The position numbers and the translations under genes are program-made. The notes below the pieces were generated by a model. That model was not told the DNA's origin and ran no database searches. It saw nothing but the letters and a program-made list of their open reading frames with translations. 64,000 bases of DNA from Phoronis australis (taxonomy: Eukaryota; Animalia; Phoronida), in assembly GCA_002633005.1 (NCBI GenBank), contig NMRA01000122.1:467312-531311 (forward strand). Direction: 5' to 3'. Shown here piece after piece: positions 40,777 to 51,786 of the stretch. The stretch's first letter is position 1. Each line of letters opens with the position of its first letter.

Positions 40777-42086
40777 TCTCTGGGATTCTCTGTAGTTAGC
40801 ACAGAAGTTTTGCAAAGTGTCTATAGCAATTTTCTAAAAATAATACGGCTTAATCTTTATTTGAACATCAAAAAATAATGAAAACTTTGATGAAAAATAT
40901 GAGACATGGTTTAAAGACATTGTGTTTTCAGACAGTTCAAAAACATAAGAAATTGCTGAAAAACATAAATTTGTGTCGACAGTCAAACACTAAAACTTTA
41001 GGCACATTGCCCATGTCGATCACGATCACGTGATTCACTGTAGGTTGAGTTAAATGTAGGTCAGCAGGTCACCTTCGAATAAGTCATGGACAATGTTGTG
41101 TTTACGACCCAATAAATTGCACCAAAACTGCACAGAAACATTCGGCAAGAATTGTGAGACAACATATCAGAACTTGGGTACGATTTGAAGAAATTTCTTT
41201 AAGTTTTGTTGAACTCATGACCAGTTTTCTAATCTAGACAATCCAGAGTTTGATTGGCAAACTTCAGTTGCAGGATTTAGGCTGCGGTTTTGTATTGAGT
41301 TTAAATTCGGCATGCTGTCGGCTCACACACGAGCTTCAAATCCTGACTCTAGTGTGGCATAACAACAAATAAAATATTCAGAACCTTGAAATGATACAAG
41401 AGACAACATATTCATTTGACAGTGCATTTGGGTTGACAAATATAGGGTTACGCATTGTGAGAAAAACTAGAGGAAGATTCGAATTGATTGAAAGGTTGCA
41501 CGAAAATAAAGTGTGCATGTTGGTGACAGCCCTTCCAAAAGAGTAATTTTTCACTAAAAAAACTATCTATACAAACTAATAAAATACTCAAACAGTTTGC
41601 TGCATGCAGAGCCCGTATCTCTAAAAATATCATTTTTGTGAAATATGGCTACACGTAACCTCAACCAGAATGTTTAAGGTAACGCAACAAATCTTGTTTT
41701 AAAAAATCCCAAATCAACATCTACATCACAGCAAACAAAGATGACTGTAACAATACAAGGATAGTTCAAACATGAATAGATTATTCATTATCATCATCGT
41801 GGTCATCATAACCATTGTTCTGCTCTCTGTACTCAGGCTAAAAATAGCATAATTGGATCTAGTGTTCGCCAGAAACTCACCTTTTATAGATCGCCTGCTG
41901 GTATCACTTATCAAAAGCAACAAAAAAAATATTTATCAAAATGAACTGGTAATTTAGGGACAATCATCTCTTTTATGACCGTAATCAAATAAGAATGGTT
42001 TCCAATGACAGGTCATGCTGTAATATATCATTGCACCAATACTAAAAAAACAGACCAGAACGAATTACGCTAAATTTTATTTTACT

Positions 42087-42149
42087 CATGGGCAGCGCAA
42101 CACTGAAAAAAGTGGGGATGGGCTTGCCCCGTATGGTGCACCGCCCATG
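42087..42149. mobile_element. 63-bp minimal MITE with 5-bp TSD
   Basis: TTACT|CATGGGCAGCGCA ... TGCACCGCCCATG|TTACT; TIR matches at 11 of 13 positions. Confidence 0.7.
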
Positions 42150-43109
42150 TTACTGAAAGAATTTTTCACATTGCAGGCAAGCTTATGTGAAGTTTACGAC
42201 ACAATATAGCGGACAAGTGAAATTTCATTTTGTCAAATTTCTCAACAAATATAACTTTCAGGAAAATCTATTTTGCTTTTAGCATAGCGTGTATGGTGTG
42301 GCTATTACTAAAAAGCATTTGGTAAAATTTTGAGCATTTGCAACAATGTGGTAAAACTTTGAAAAATAGAAATATGTCAGTTTTAGCAATTATTTTGTCC
42401 CAAATTGAAGAATTTTTACACAGTGCGAAAACGTGCATCTGACCTAGATACATATGTTACATGAGTGACTAATTTAGGGTTACGGCCAAAATTTGTTCCT
42501 TGAATAGAATAGTTAACGCTTGGAGACCTCCCGAGGTCCAAAGCCAAGTGGACAACTGTCAGGTATGGTGAAGCTGCACAATGGGATGGTAGTATGTGAG
42601 TATTCCCACACACTAAGTATACGTGGATTACACCTGCCTTATCAGTCGCAGTACACAAGCCATTATCATGGCCACTTTGCAGTTTGCGAGCACACCTCGA
42701 TAATGGCGGCGGGAAGTGAGATGCAAACTGTCATCAAACAGTTTCCGGTTATTCTATTATGTTGTGGGATTTAGACAGCGCACGGAAAAGGTAGCTGCAT
42801 GGGAGGAATGGGTAAACAACCTGCATCGTTGTAATTACAAAGTATGTTTACCAAAATGCAAAGAACAGATACCTTAGAATATGACCAATAACACCACATG
42901 ATAGGCTTCCTTACCCACAGAAGGTAGAGCTAGGGATGGAACTATGCAAGCCAAGAAAATTATACTGGGGATCAGGGAAGGATGACCAATGAGGTGAGAC
43001 TAAATATAACAAAAGTAGTATGGTCTCCACTATTGTTTGGTATTGTCTTGGCTACCTAACCTCAGCTGATCATGTAATGCAATGGTTTAGACTTGTAATA
43101 ATCAGCCTT

Positions 43110-43418
43110 GACCTACCTTACCATGTAATGCTTTAGTTAGTCTGGACATATTAAGCACCACCTACCCTACTATGTAATGCATTTGTCTAGACATATTCAG
43201 CACCACCTACCCTACTATGTAATGCATCAGTCTAGACATTCAGGGTCACCTACCCTAACATGTAATGCATTAGTCTCGACATATTCAGTACTATCTATCC
43301 TACTAAGCAATGCATTAGTCTACACTAATCAGGGTCACCTACCCTACTATGTAATGCATTAGTCTAGACATATTCAGCACCACCTACCCTACTATGTAAT
43401 GCATTAGTCTAGACATAT
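43110..43418. repeat. 45-bp minisatellite, left part (~7 units)
   Basis: CATATTCAGCACCACCTACCCTACTATGTAATGCATTAGTCTAGA; resumes at 50116. Confidence 0.95.
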
Positions 43419-46400
43419 CAGGCATATATCCAGGTTTCAAAACCCTACTCGCCAGCTGGACGAGTGAGCCAGAAAATCTACTCGCTCAGCCCGAAATTCA
43501 GTCGCCTGGCCGTTTGCGTCTGTCACCACAAACTTGCTGCCAGGGTCAATAAAAACCGTTTCGTGCGTTGATGTCACCATCTATTAGGGCTACCGTATTC
43601 GCCCAGGGTGCTTAGAAAAATTCATTTCGGAAGAGGAGCGCTTGTTGTAGCCTAAGGTGGTTGAAACCCGGTCTCCGACAACGGGTGAAATCAAATTTAC
43701 GACCTGTGACGTATCGATAACCTATGACAGACTTTCTACAAAACTGTGGTGCATTGCCATCAAACTTTGTTGTTAAATTATGATCTTTTTTTAAAAAAAA
43801 CGTGCTGAAATCCCATGGCGAAAACTTGCCGACTGATGCGTTGCTGCCTTGCGATTGTCGATAGTGCAACTTGAATTCTTGAGTAAAGATACAGTTTTGA
43901 CTCAACAAATTAAAATGAATCCTCCTTAAAGGAGAATGCCACCCAAAATACAACGTATTTTGTATCAATTAAGATCGAGAAGTTCCACTCGATAAAAACA
44001 AGTACGGTTCTTTTACCTGTCAAAGTCGGCAGACGGAGGTGTTGAAATTAACCAATGACATCACAGGTTCGAACACAGTCTACTCAGCAGTTCACAACAC
44101 GTTTACCGGTGTCAGCTTATCGGTTGAATTCATCATTTTACACCAAAAAATCAACAAAATTCGATATAAAACCCTTACAAATACATCGAGTTATTGAACA
44201 AATGTGTTGTTTTATTTCGCTGTTATGGATTTATAGGTATTGGAATGTACCATAGCCTACTAAGTTCGGTAGGCCAATTTACCAAGGTCGGTCGCGGGAG
44301 TTTTGGGCGCTGTTCAGTTATAAATTCGAATTATTTGTCCGTGAAATACAGACAGGAGAACATAGCTGTGTTGCAATTTTAGACTTGCGATTTTTTTCAG
44401 CTCTAAACATACAAAAACGCTCATTATCCCGGCCAGTGGGTCGGAACCCGATCAGGCCCGTCACGGCCGGCCTGAAAAACATCACGAACATAAACCAGCC
44501 AAAGTTAGAAACTAAACTTCCACTCACGAAAAGACTATACTAGTGAGCCAAAGATATAATGTGCACGTGATTATTTTGGTGAATTAGACACTGCAAATCT
44601 ACTTACTAGCTTGTCGGGGGCCAGGAAGTCAGGTTACCCTTCCACAGCAAAACCGTCCTGGCAAAAGTTTCACAGTAAGAATGATTCGAATAATGTATGT
44701 GAATATCTAAATAAAGATTCCCCTAACATCTGACCATAGGATATACAATCAAGAATTAGCATGTGCTCACACGGCCAACACGTGGAGAATTTCTTGCTTA
44801 CACTGGTGACCCCTCAGATTCCCTAAGCCCCAGACAACTTTTAGGATGCCTATTCAGCACGCCCTTTGTATTGATGTAGATCTGAGCTAATGCAGTTGAA
44901 AGGTAATTGTTAGCATTACTGTCTCAACAATGGTTGTTGTTAGTACCCCCAATTTGGTTTTCTCTGACAATTACAGAGTTATAGCCTGTAACTCTGGAGA
45001 GTAGTTTTAACTTGGTACATTATAAATATTACAAAATGACTAAAAAGGTTAACTTGTGTTTATCTTCACAAGGGACCACTTCATCTTGGTTTTCTTTATT
45101 CAATTTTTAATGCTTCTGCCCACAGGGTTGATAATTTTTTATCTAAATTTTAAACTTGAAGTACCAAAACAGTGGTAGTTAAGTTCATTTTGAGCCCATC
45201 CCTAAACCTTACCACATTACACGTACAATCAACCTTTTACGTGTCATTAAAGTTTAATCTTTATTAGAACTCAAAGCATAAAATATATACAAAGTGCAAA
45301 TATGGTGATAACCAAACTGAAGATTTGAAATCCCTGGACAATTTCAGTTGCACTGACTATATAACTATTCTAGCTCTTCGTCAGCAATAAAAAATGAAAA
45401 GTGGGCACAACAACTGTTTCCTGGTCAAAAATCTGGTTAAACTAGATTGAAAGAATATTAAAAAATGAATTCGTGTGATATTGTTAACTCTGATGCACCG
45501 AGTATATCGATACGCGCAGTAGTTTATCTTCAATCGAACCCAATGGTTGTAGATTTAGATTCTTAGTTCATCGATTTCTAAAAAATGGAAAACTGTACTT
45601 GGTTGTTTTTTCCAGCTGAATACCGCCGTGGTGTTCGTTTACAATGAAAATTAGTGGTTAATGCATTTTGAAAATTCGGCATTATGTACAGTCAGAGATG
45701 TTTAATATAGTTTATGGTCGGATAATTACATTTAATTGGGTCTTGCTCGCATTGGGCAATGCGGTCATCACAATTGTACCTCATTCCAGCACCGCGCTCT
45801 CTTTGATCCAGTGGTACAAGCCGCTCAGGACGATCAGTGAAAATTCCCGCAAAAATCTTTAGAAATGATCGAACTCCTTGTAAGCGTATTATTCACGGTA
45901 TGAAGGTGCCTGGTCAATTTAGTTTATTGCATCTTTTTTCAGTTTTATATAAGCATTGCTTAGGGTGACAATAATTCATTTTGAAACATAGCGCACAATA
46001 ATAAACGTCAACTGTGACAACTCACAATCCCGACTTAGATGAGTGGTCATCCGACGAAGACTTCACAGGTCGATCGTTAGGTTTCACAAACCGGAATTCA
46101 CTGATCAAGAAATACAAGAGAGGCGCCGTGAATGTGCACAGACAACGGAACATACGAATAGTTCCGAAAACCGTTTGAAAGATTTGTCATGGTGTCAAAC
46201 TGTGTGCTAACTGCACGATAATAGAAACAACTGACGATTGCGTTTGCAGCCACGAAATTCCGAAAGTGAAACGCCTTCTTGGAGAAGCGTAGATGTGTCT
46301 CATGGACCATCCTGATTTTGCACCGCATCTAAAAGAAGTCTGCTTAGGGACTGGGAAAAAGAACTGACCAACACATCCTACACCCAGGGTCCAAACAGAA

Positions 46401-46891
46401 GCCTGATAAATAGAGTAAGTCATCAAACAGGTTATATAAAACGTTATGTTCTCATGCTTTGAATTAATTGTAATTGTTTATGTTTCCATTGCCAGCTACA
46501 ATTCTCCATAATCAAAAACTGATCAACAACCAATCCACGTTGTTTTGCCTCCTGCTTACCAAACCCAAACACACTAGGCACAACATCTGACTAATCATAT
46601 TCTAGTCTCTTTTCTGCCCTGGCATGAGCTGTTTGGTAAGCCGGCATTCGATCGTCATGGAAATCACTGTAAAGACTAGCTTACCCAAATTTCGACCATT
46701 GTGCACAATCACTGCTGAAAACCTCAAAAATGTGTACAATCTGAGCTCCAATGGTTACAATCACGAAAACCGAATGCAAGAGATAAATTCTTTCAAATTT
46801 GTACCAACACCACATGTTTTATTACACAGAAGAATCAACATCAAGTGGCCAAAGTTTTATTTTTGCAGCATGTACCAGTATAAGCAATTCT

Positions 46892-47545
46892 TTATGGCTT
46901 TGTCGACTTGTAATAGGCAGATTTCAATGACACGAGTTTTTGTTTTGGGTAGTTCCTCTGGTGTGCTTGTCCAGGTTGGGATTTCAGAACGAGAAGCGAG
47001 TCCAGCGTCTCGTTACCAAGTGACGCCCTTTGGTCAATTTTGTTCTTTCTAATGCAAGAAAAGACTCGTTCACAGGTTGCCTTGCCATGTGGAATCGTCA
47101 GGATTCTAAGCATAACATGTGAGAGATTCTTGAACCGAAAAATGTCTCCTGCATCTTTTATTTTGGCGATGTTCACCCACATTTGATCAATTGTTCCTGT
47201 GCAGTTAATATCCTGGCAACTCTGGTATTCAGCAAATTCCAGTTGAACAGTATCACTTGATACTCCTGAAACATGAAAAATAAATGCAGGACTACAATAG
47301 TTTTACTTGGAAAAGAATGCCATCACATTTTGAGACAGCAGAAACCTAAGTAACCTGGAGCTTATAACTACAAAGGCTTAACTACAATATGCCAGTCTTT
47401 TTAAAGATTAAAATCTTTAATTCTTAATTTTAAGTGGACAATTCTTTTAATTAAAGTGCACCCAAGTTTGTTAGAATATTCAAGACGAAACCAACCTTCT
47501 GGTAGCAAAGGCGGGTACTTCACCAGGAAATGAAAAAGTGAAAAG
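46892..47545 (-). pseudogene. 3' fragment of a spliced hAT transposase (C-terminal dimerisation domain); exons ~47545-47496 and 47265-46892
   Basis: SLFHFLVKYPPLLPE G|gttggt ... tttcag|VSSDTVQLEFAEYQ...IDQMWVNIAKIKDAGDIFRFKNLSHVMLRILTIPHGKATCERVFSCIRKNKIDQRASLGNETLDSLLVLK. The IPH...CERVFS...R.SL motif is typical of hATC. Confidence 0.9.
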
Positions 47546-47837
47546 GGCACCCATAGAAATTAAAAACCTCAAAATATACCCCACTAACATTGTGAAAAGG
47601 CATTTTTTGTCGATATCTGTCAAAAACGTGGGTAAGGAATGGAGCAGGAACATGCCTGACTATTGATTAGTGAAAATCATACCCATAGAATACCTAACTG
47701 CATGAAGATCATGCCCATAAAAGTACCTAAATTGACGAACACCCAACTCATAGAAATACCAAAAATCAGCAGAAACCCCACCCATGATGGGCAGCACATA
47801 TGTACCCACCAATATAATGAGTGCCCCACCCCCCTGG
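47546..47837. mobile_element. One end of an EnSpm/CACTA-like non-autonomous element
   Basis: Repeated subterminal CCCATAGAAAT(A)CC-like motifs and terminus GAGTGCCCCACCCCCCTGG; the other end was not found. Confidence 0.45.
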
Positions 47838-49305
47838 TCGGCAGTACCCTGGAAGTTGCCTATCGTCTAAGCTGTGCATTCAAAGCCACCCTGTCGCCCG
47901 TGCACTGTGCTAAAACGATCCTGAAAACGTTCGACCTTGTCTTGATGCAAAATAATATCATATGAACCAAAGAAAGTATGACACTATCAACATTTGAACT
48001 GTTGGACTACTACACTAAAGTTTTGCAAAACAAACTGAAAATATACACTCAAATCCACGCTGTCGTTGTCGAAGGCATAACCAGACGCTTCCGCTGAGAA
48101 AATCAGGCCCGACTAATTATTACACTAATAGCACCAATAAAAGAGCGAGTTTATTTCATCCCAAAAGTGGGAGAAACACATAAACAAAAGACATAGGTCG
48201 GAATTATGACAAACTGTTTTTATAATTGCCGATCATTTACTCGCAGTATAATTTGACAAAGTTACTATTAATATCAATAAGCCAGTTCTACATGCGTACG
48301 GTATCCTAGTGGACAAGCTGTGAACTAGGTCGGCACGAAATCGCCGATGTGGATTCATATCTACCCAGGATTTCCCGTGAAAATTTTCAACAGTGTGTTG
48401 GCGGGACCCCGGCCGATCGGACACGTTATGTGCCGCAAAAACATATATGATGCGCCCCTGCAAAAATAGGGATAAACAGTGAAATAATATACGAAGAAAA
48501 CGAACTTGTGGATAATAATATTTTATTAACAATGAACTTGACACTCACTCGTGAATTGCGTACCATTACAAAGTGGTTTCGTATAGCGTAGGATCGCATA
48601 AAAAATCATACGATTATACGCCTGTTTTGTACAAGTAAACACTGGTATGACTAGATAAAATGCCAGCCACAGACACGGAGAAGTTTCGTGGCCTCATACT
48701 TAATTGGTATTACAGTGTACTTTTCATTCTTCACTACCACAAAACACTTCCGAAGCATTATATGCTCTCGAGGAAATCAAAAAAAAACAATATACCTGCT
48801 TTCCTCGTAGCTTCATAGTTCGCACAAGCGGGAACGATACACCACCCCATAGTGGCACTCACTCTGAAGAAGAACCACTGATGTCGCTGATTTCTCACCT
48901 TCCTCATAGGTTAACGTGACACCTCTCGGTGAGGTGAGATCGGCCGTATATGAGGTGATGTGGATATAGACCGATAAAGACGGTAAAAAAGACAGGTGGC
49001 ATTCTCCTTTAAGTTTTCCAAATAGCGTACTTAAAATTTTTAAGTTCCTGTGGAGTCGGGATTAACCGCAGTTCAAATCTGGGCAAGATCGCACACCGCA
49101 ACAAGCAAAAAATCTGGAAGAAAACACATGTTGTTGTCATGTGACGTTTGTTTTGAAGTTTGTCTGCAGGTGTGCGCCGAGTGAGCGAGCGTGTGCGTGT
49201 CATCAGAGTTCATGTGCCAGAGTCGGTAGCAGGCCCACATACTAACGTATAAGCGGGCCCTAGCGCGCCCTTCTTGGCCACGTGCTCATTAAAACTGGTC
49301 AAGTT

Positions 49306-49611
49306 TCGATTCGCGGTTTTTACGGTTTTTACGTGTACAAAAGTAATCTGCATTCCTGTTGAGGGAGAAGAGCTGTACAGGAAAGATAACAATACAATTC
49401 CGTTGACAAATACACTGCTTCTGTTCTGAAAGACCTGGCCATAGTGGGACATGTTCCTCGCAAGATCAGCAGAACTTTTGCGTTCTTTTTGAAGTGTACA
49501 GCCACAGCTAAACACCGACATAGCGGCGAGGCTCGTGGGTCTAGAAATTCCGCACACAATGATTTTTCAGGACTGTCGGATATTATTGATAAATTGAAGA
49601 CATTACTGTAG
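49306..49611 (+). pseudogene. Stand-alone HIRAN-like domain ORF, frameshifted
   Basis: SIRGFY(GFY)VYK / VICIPVEGEELYRKDNN / NSVDKYTASVLKDLAIVGHVPRKISRTFAFFLKCTATAKHRHSGEARG / GLEIPHTMIF / SGLSDIIDKLKTLL*. Fits the HIRAN pattern RG.H.Y...GE.L...N..D..A..V....VG.VP. Confidence 0.8.
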
Positions 49612-50115
49612 AATTTTAGAACTGTAGGTAAAGCATCTTTCGCATATGTTCATCAGGACTGGACTCTATTTTAGCGAAGTCTGAAAATGAGATAGGGGCA
49701 CGGGTGCTTATCAGTCCAAGAATAATGGTATTTCACTTGCTGCAAGCAAACGGACTGGTCTTCCACCTTTCCTCCCTTTTCTTTGTTTCGGACTAGTCCA
49801 CTAATTCCTTTGTGCATGACCACACACTGTGTTCTTTTGTCTAGACGAATCGCGTAACGGGCGACATATACTGAATCGGTAGGATCGCACTGCACTGATC
49901 TTTTTTACTGCCGGAGCATCAACATGCTGACTAAACTGAACCTTAAAATTCAGCACAAGGAGGAGAATATTTATTCATGTTCATCTGTGAAACGATAGTG
50001 TTTTTGTGCTCTGAAAATTCCCTCACCACCTGTGCGAACGGCAAGTGAACTTCTACTCGTCCAGCGCCATTTTTACTCGCATTGGCGACTGGGCGAGTGG
50101 CGAAGTATATCCCTG

Positions 50116-50640
50116 CATATTTAGCACCAGCTACACTACTATGTAATGCATTAGTCTAGACATATTCAGCACCTACTATCCTACTATGTAATGCATTAGT
50201 CTAGGCATTCAGGGTCTGACCTACCCTACTATGTAATGCAGTAGTCTAGACATATTCAGGATCACCTACCTACTACGTAATGCATTAGTCTGGACATATT
50301 CAGCACCACCTACCCTACTATGTAATGCATTAGTCTAGACACATTCAGGGTCACCTACCCTACTATGTAATGCATTAGTCTAGACATATTCAGGGTCACC
50401 TACCCTACCCTGTAATGCATTAGTCTAGACATATTCAGGGTCACCTACCCTACTAACAATAATGCATTAGTCTAGACATATTCAGCTCACCTACCCTACC
50501 CTGTAATGCATTAGTCTGGACACATTCAGCGTCACCTACCCTACCTAGTAAAGCATTACTCTGGACATATTTAGGGTTCCAATTACCCAACCATGTAATG
50601 CATTAGTCTAGACATATTCAGCACCACCTACCCTACCGTA
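50116..50640. repeat. 45-bp minisatellite, right part (~11-12 units)
   Basis: Same unit as 43110-43418, with CACC and GGTC variants. Confidence 0.97.
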
Positions 50641-51654
50641 TAATGGGCTTGCAATATACAGGGTTCCCTTCTCTACCCATAAGTTAAGTAGAAGAGATTG
50701 AAATACTGACCCTGACTAACAATTCAAAGTCTGGGTACACCAAACTGCATTACGCCAAGTTCCAGGTTTTGCATATCCTGAGAGCAGACCTTTATCTAAC
50801 AGACTCTAATATTTAAATACCACGGCTAAGACGCCCTGTTTAGCATTTAGACAACTTAGTAAGTAAACAGGTAAGCATTATTGTCTCTTTAAACATGCTC
50901 GACTCAGCTCTGGTAAATAATAATATAAAGTTAAGACATGATATGCTACCGTAGATACGATATACTTCATTGCAGACCCATGTACAGTAATAAACTACAC
51001 CACTATGGGCAATTTGATGCAGTCACAGGTCACGACACTTTGGGAAATTGGGAAACCCATTTTAGACTGTCTTGCTATTTTTGAAATGGTGGATGGACCC
51101 CTCTGAGAGTGATCACGTTAATAAAACAGACCTACAGCCAAGGTATTCACTGCTCTCCCGATTAAATAAAAATCTTGTCCAACGTGAAGATAAGAAGACT
51201 CCATGTGATCAATGAAACCCTCACGCCAACATCATGGAAAGATGCACTGACCAGAGACAGTCACTAAGGCAAGCAGAGCACCAGGACTTGATTAGAGACA
51301 TCATATCTGTTTAATAGGCCAGTTAGTTTACAAATTTAGCAAGTACAGTAAATAAACAGTAACCCAGAGATAAGAATCTCATGTACTAGATCAAACGGAA
51401 GACAGGAAATGCCATGGTTTGCCTGACCAGAGAGTACAAATAACCTTCTTGTAATAACTGTTTCTCAATTTATCCAAAGCTAGCGCATAAACCACAACCT
51501 CAAAAGGAAACCATAGAAGGCAGAGCCAGAATCAAAATAGACCACTGAAGATTTGAACATAGTTGGGAAATTGAAGTCAGACATTTGAAAACTTAGAATA
51601 CTGATAAGAAAACAAACTTGATATAAGAAATCATAAAAGATTAGTCATTAACAC

Positions 51655-51786
51655 GTAGAAAATTAAATCAATTACAGGACTTACGATTGAGTTGGCTACA
51701 TTGCATCCTCCTCTCGATGACTTCAGCAGGCCTCCTCGAGAGGACGCAACGTAGCCAAAAGTTCAGTAATTGATTTAATTTTCTAC
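51655..51786. repeat. Palindromic element resembling paired, degenerate Penelope-type minimal hammerhead motifs
   Basis: Perfect 21-bp IR GTAGAAAATTAAATCAATTAC/GTAATTGATTTAATTTTCTAC. Inner IR TTGGCTACATTGCATCCTC/GAGGACGCAACGTAGCCAA. The inverted repeats are certain; the hammerhead origin is inferred. Confidence 0.65.

Larger units (their letters stand above)
46091..47965 (+). pseudogene. KolX-like (P2X7 cytoplasmic ballast / Zn-coordinating Cys-domain-like) accessory gene remnant; exon ~46091-46414, exon ~47842-47965
   Basis: Manual translation across frameshifts and one stop: PEFTDQEIQERRR...RLKDLSWCQ/CANCTIIETTDDCVCSHEIPKVKRLLGEA*MCLMDHPDFAPHL...GPNRSLINR|GTAAGT. Second part QY/VAYR...HCAKTILKTF matches the WCxCxxC...CC.E...C..H..F...AYR...PxC...IR..F pattern. 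Confidence 0.75.
43930..49008. mobile_element. Kolobok DNA transposon (decayed), 5079 bp
   Basis: TTAA|AGGAGAATGCCACC ... GGTGGCATTCTCCT|TTAA: 14-bp perfect TIR, purine-purine start and TTAA TSD. Empty site seen in the paralog at ~26876. Contains a KolX-like remnant. Confidence 0.92.
43591..49730 (+). mobile_element. TA-flanked CCGTA-ended pogo/Tc1-mariner-like element (~1.06 kb net), interrupted by Kolobok and carrying a HIRAN-like ORF
   Basis: Left TA|CCGTATTCGCCCAGGGTGCTTA. Degenerate right end CGGGTGCTTATCAGTCCAAGAATAATGG|TA. Paralog at 26855-27198. The right boundary is less certain than the left. Confidence 0.75.
43419..50115. mobile_element. hAT5-like MITE (own sequence ~43419-43590 + ~49731-50115) enclosing nested insertions
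   Basis: CATAT|CAGGCATATA ... TATATCCCTG|CATAT. CTACTCGC/GCGAGT subterminal motifs at both ends. Interrupts the minisatellite cleanly. Confidence 0.88.

Noticed and set aside
46624-47052. 142-aa plus-strand ORF
   Set aside because: Partly an antisense shadow of the hAT exon, with no domain signal.
47842-47851. CAGTACCCTG as the TIR of the internal hAT
   Set aside because: No matching partner end with a TSD was found; it is better read as the QY start of KolX exon 2.
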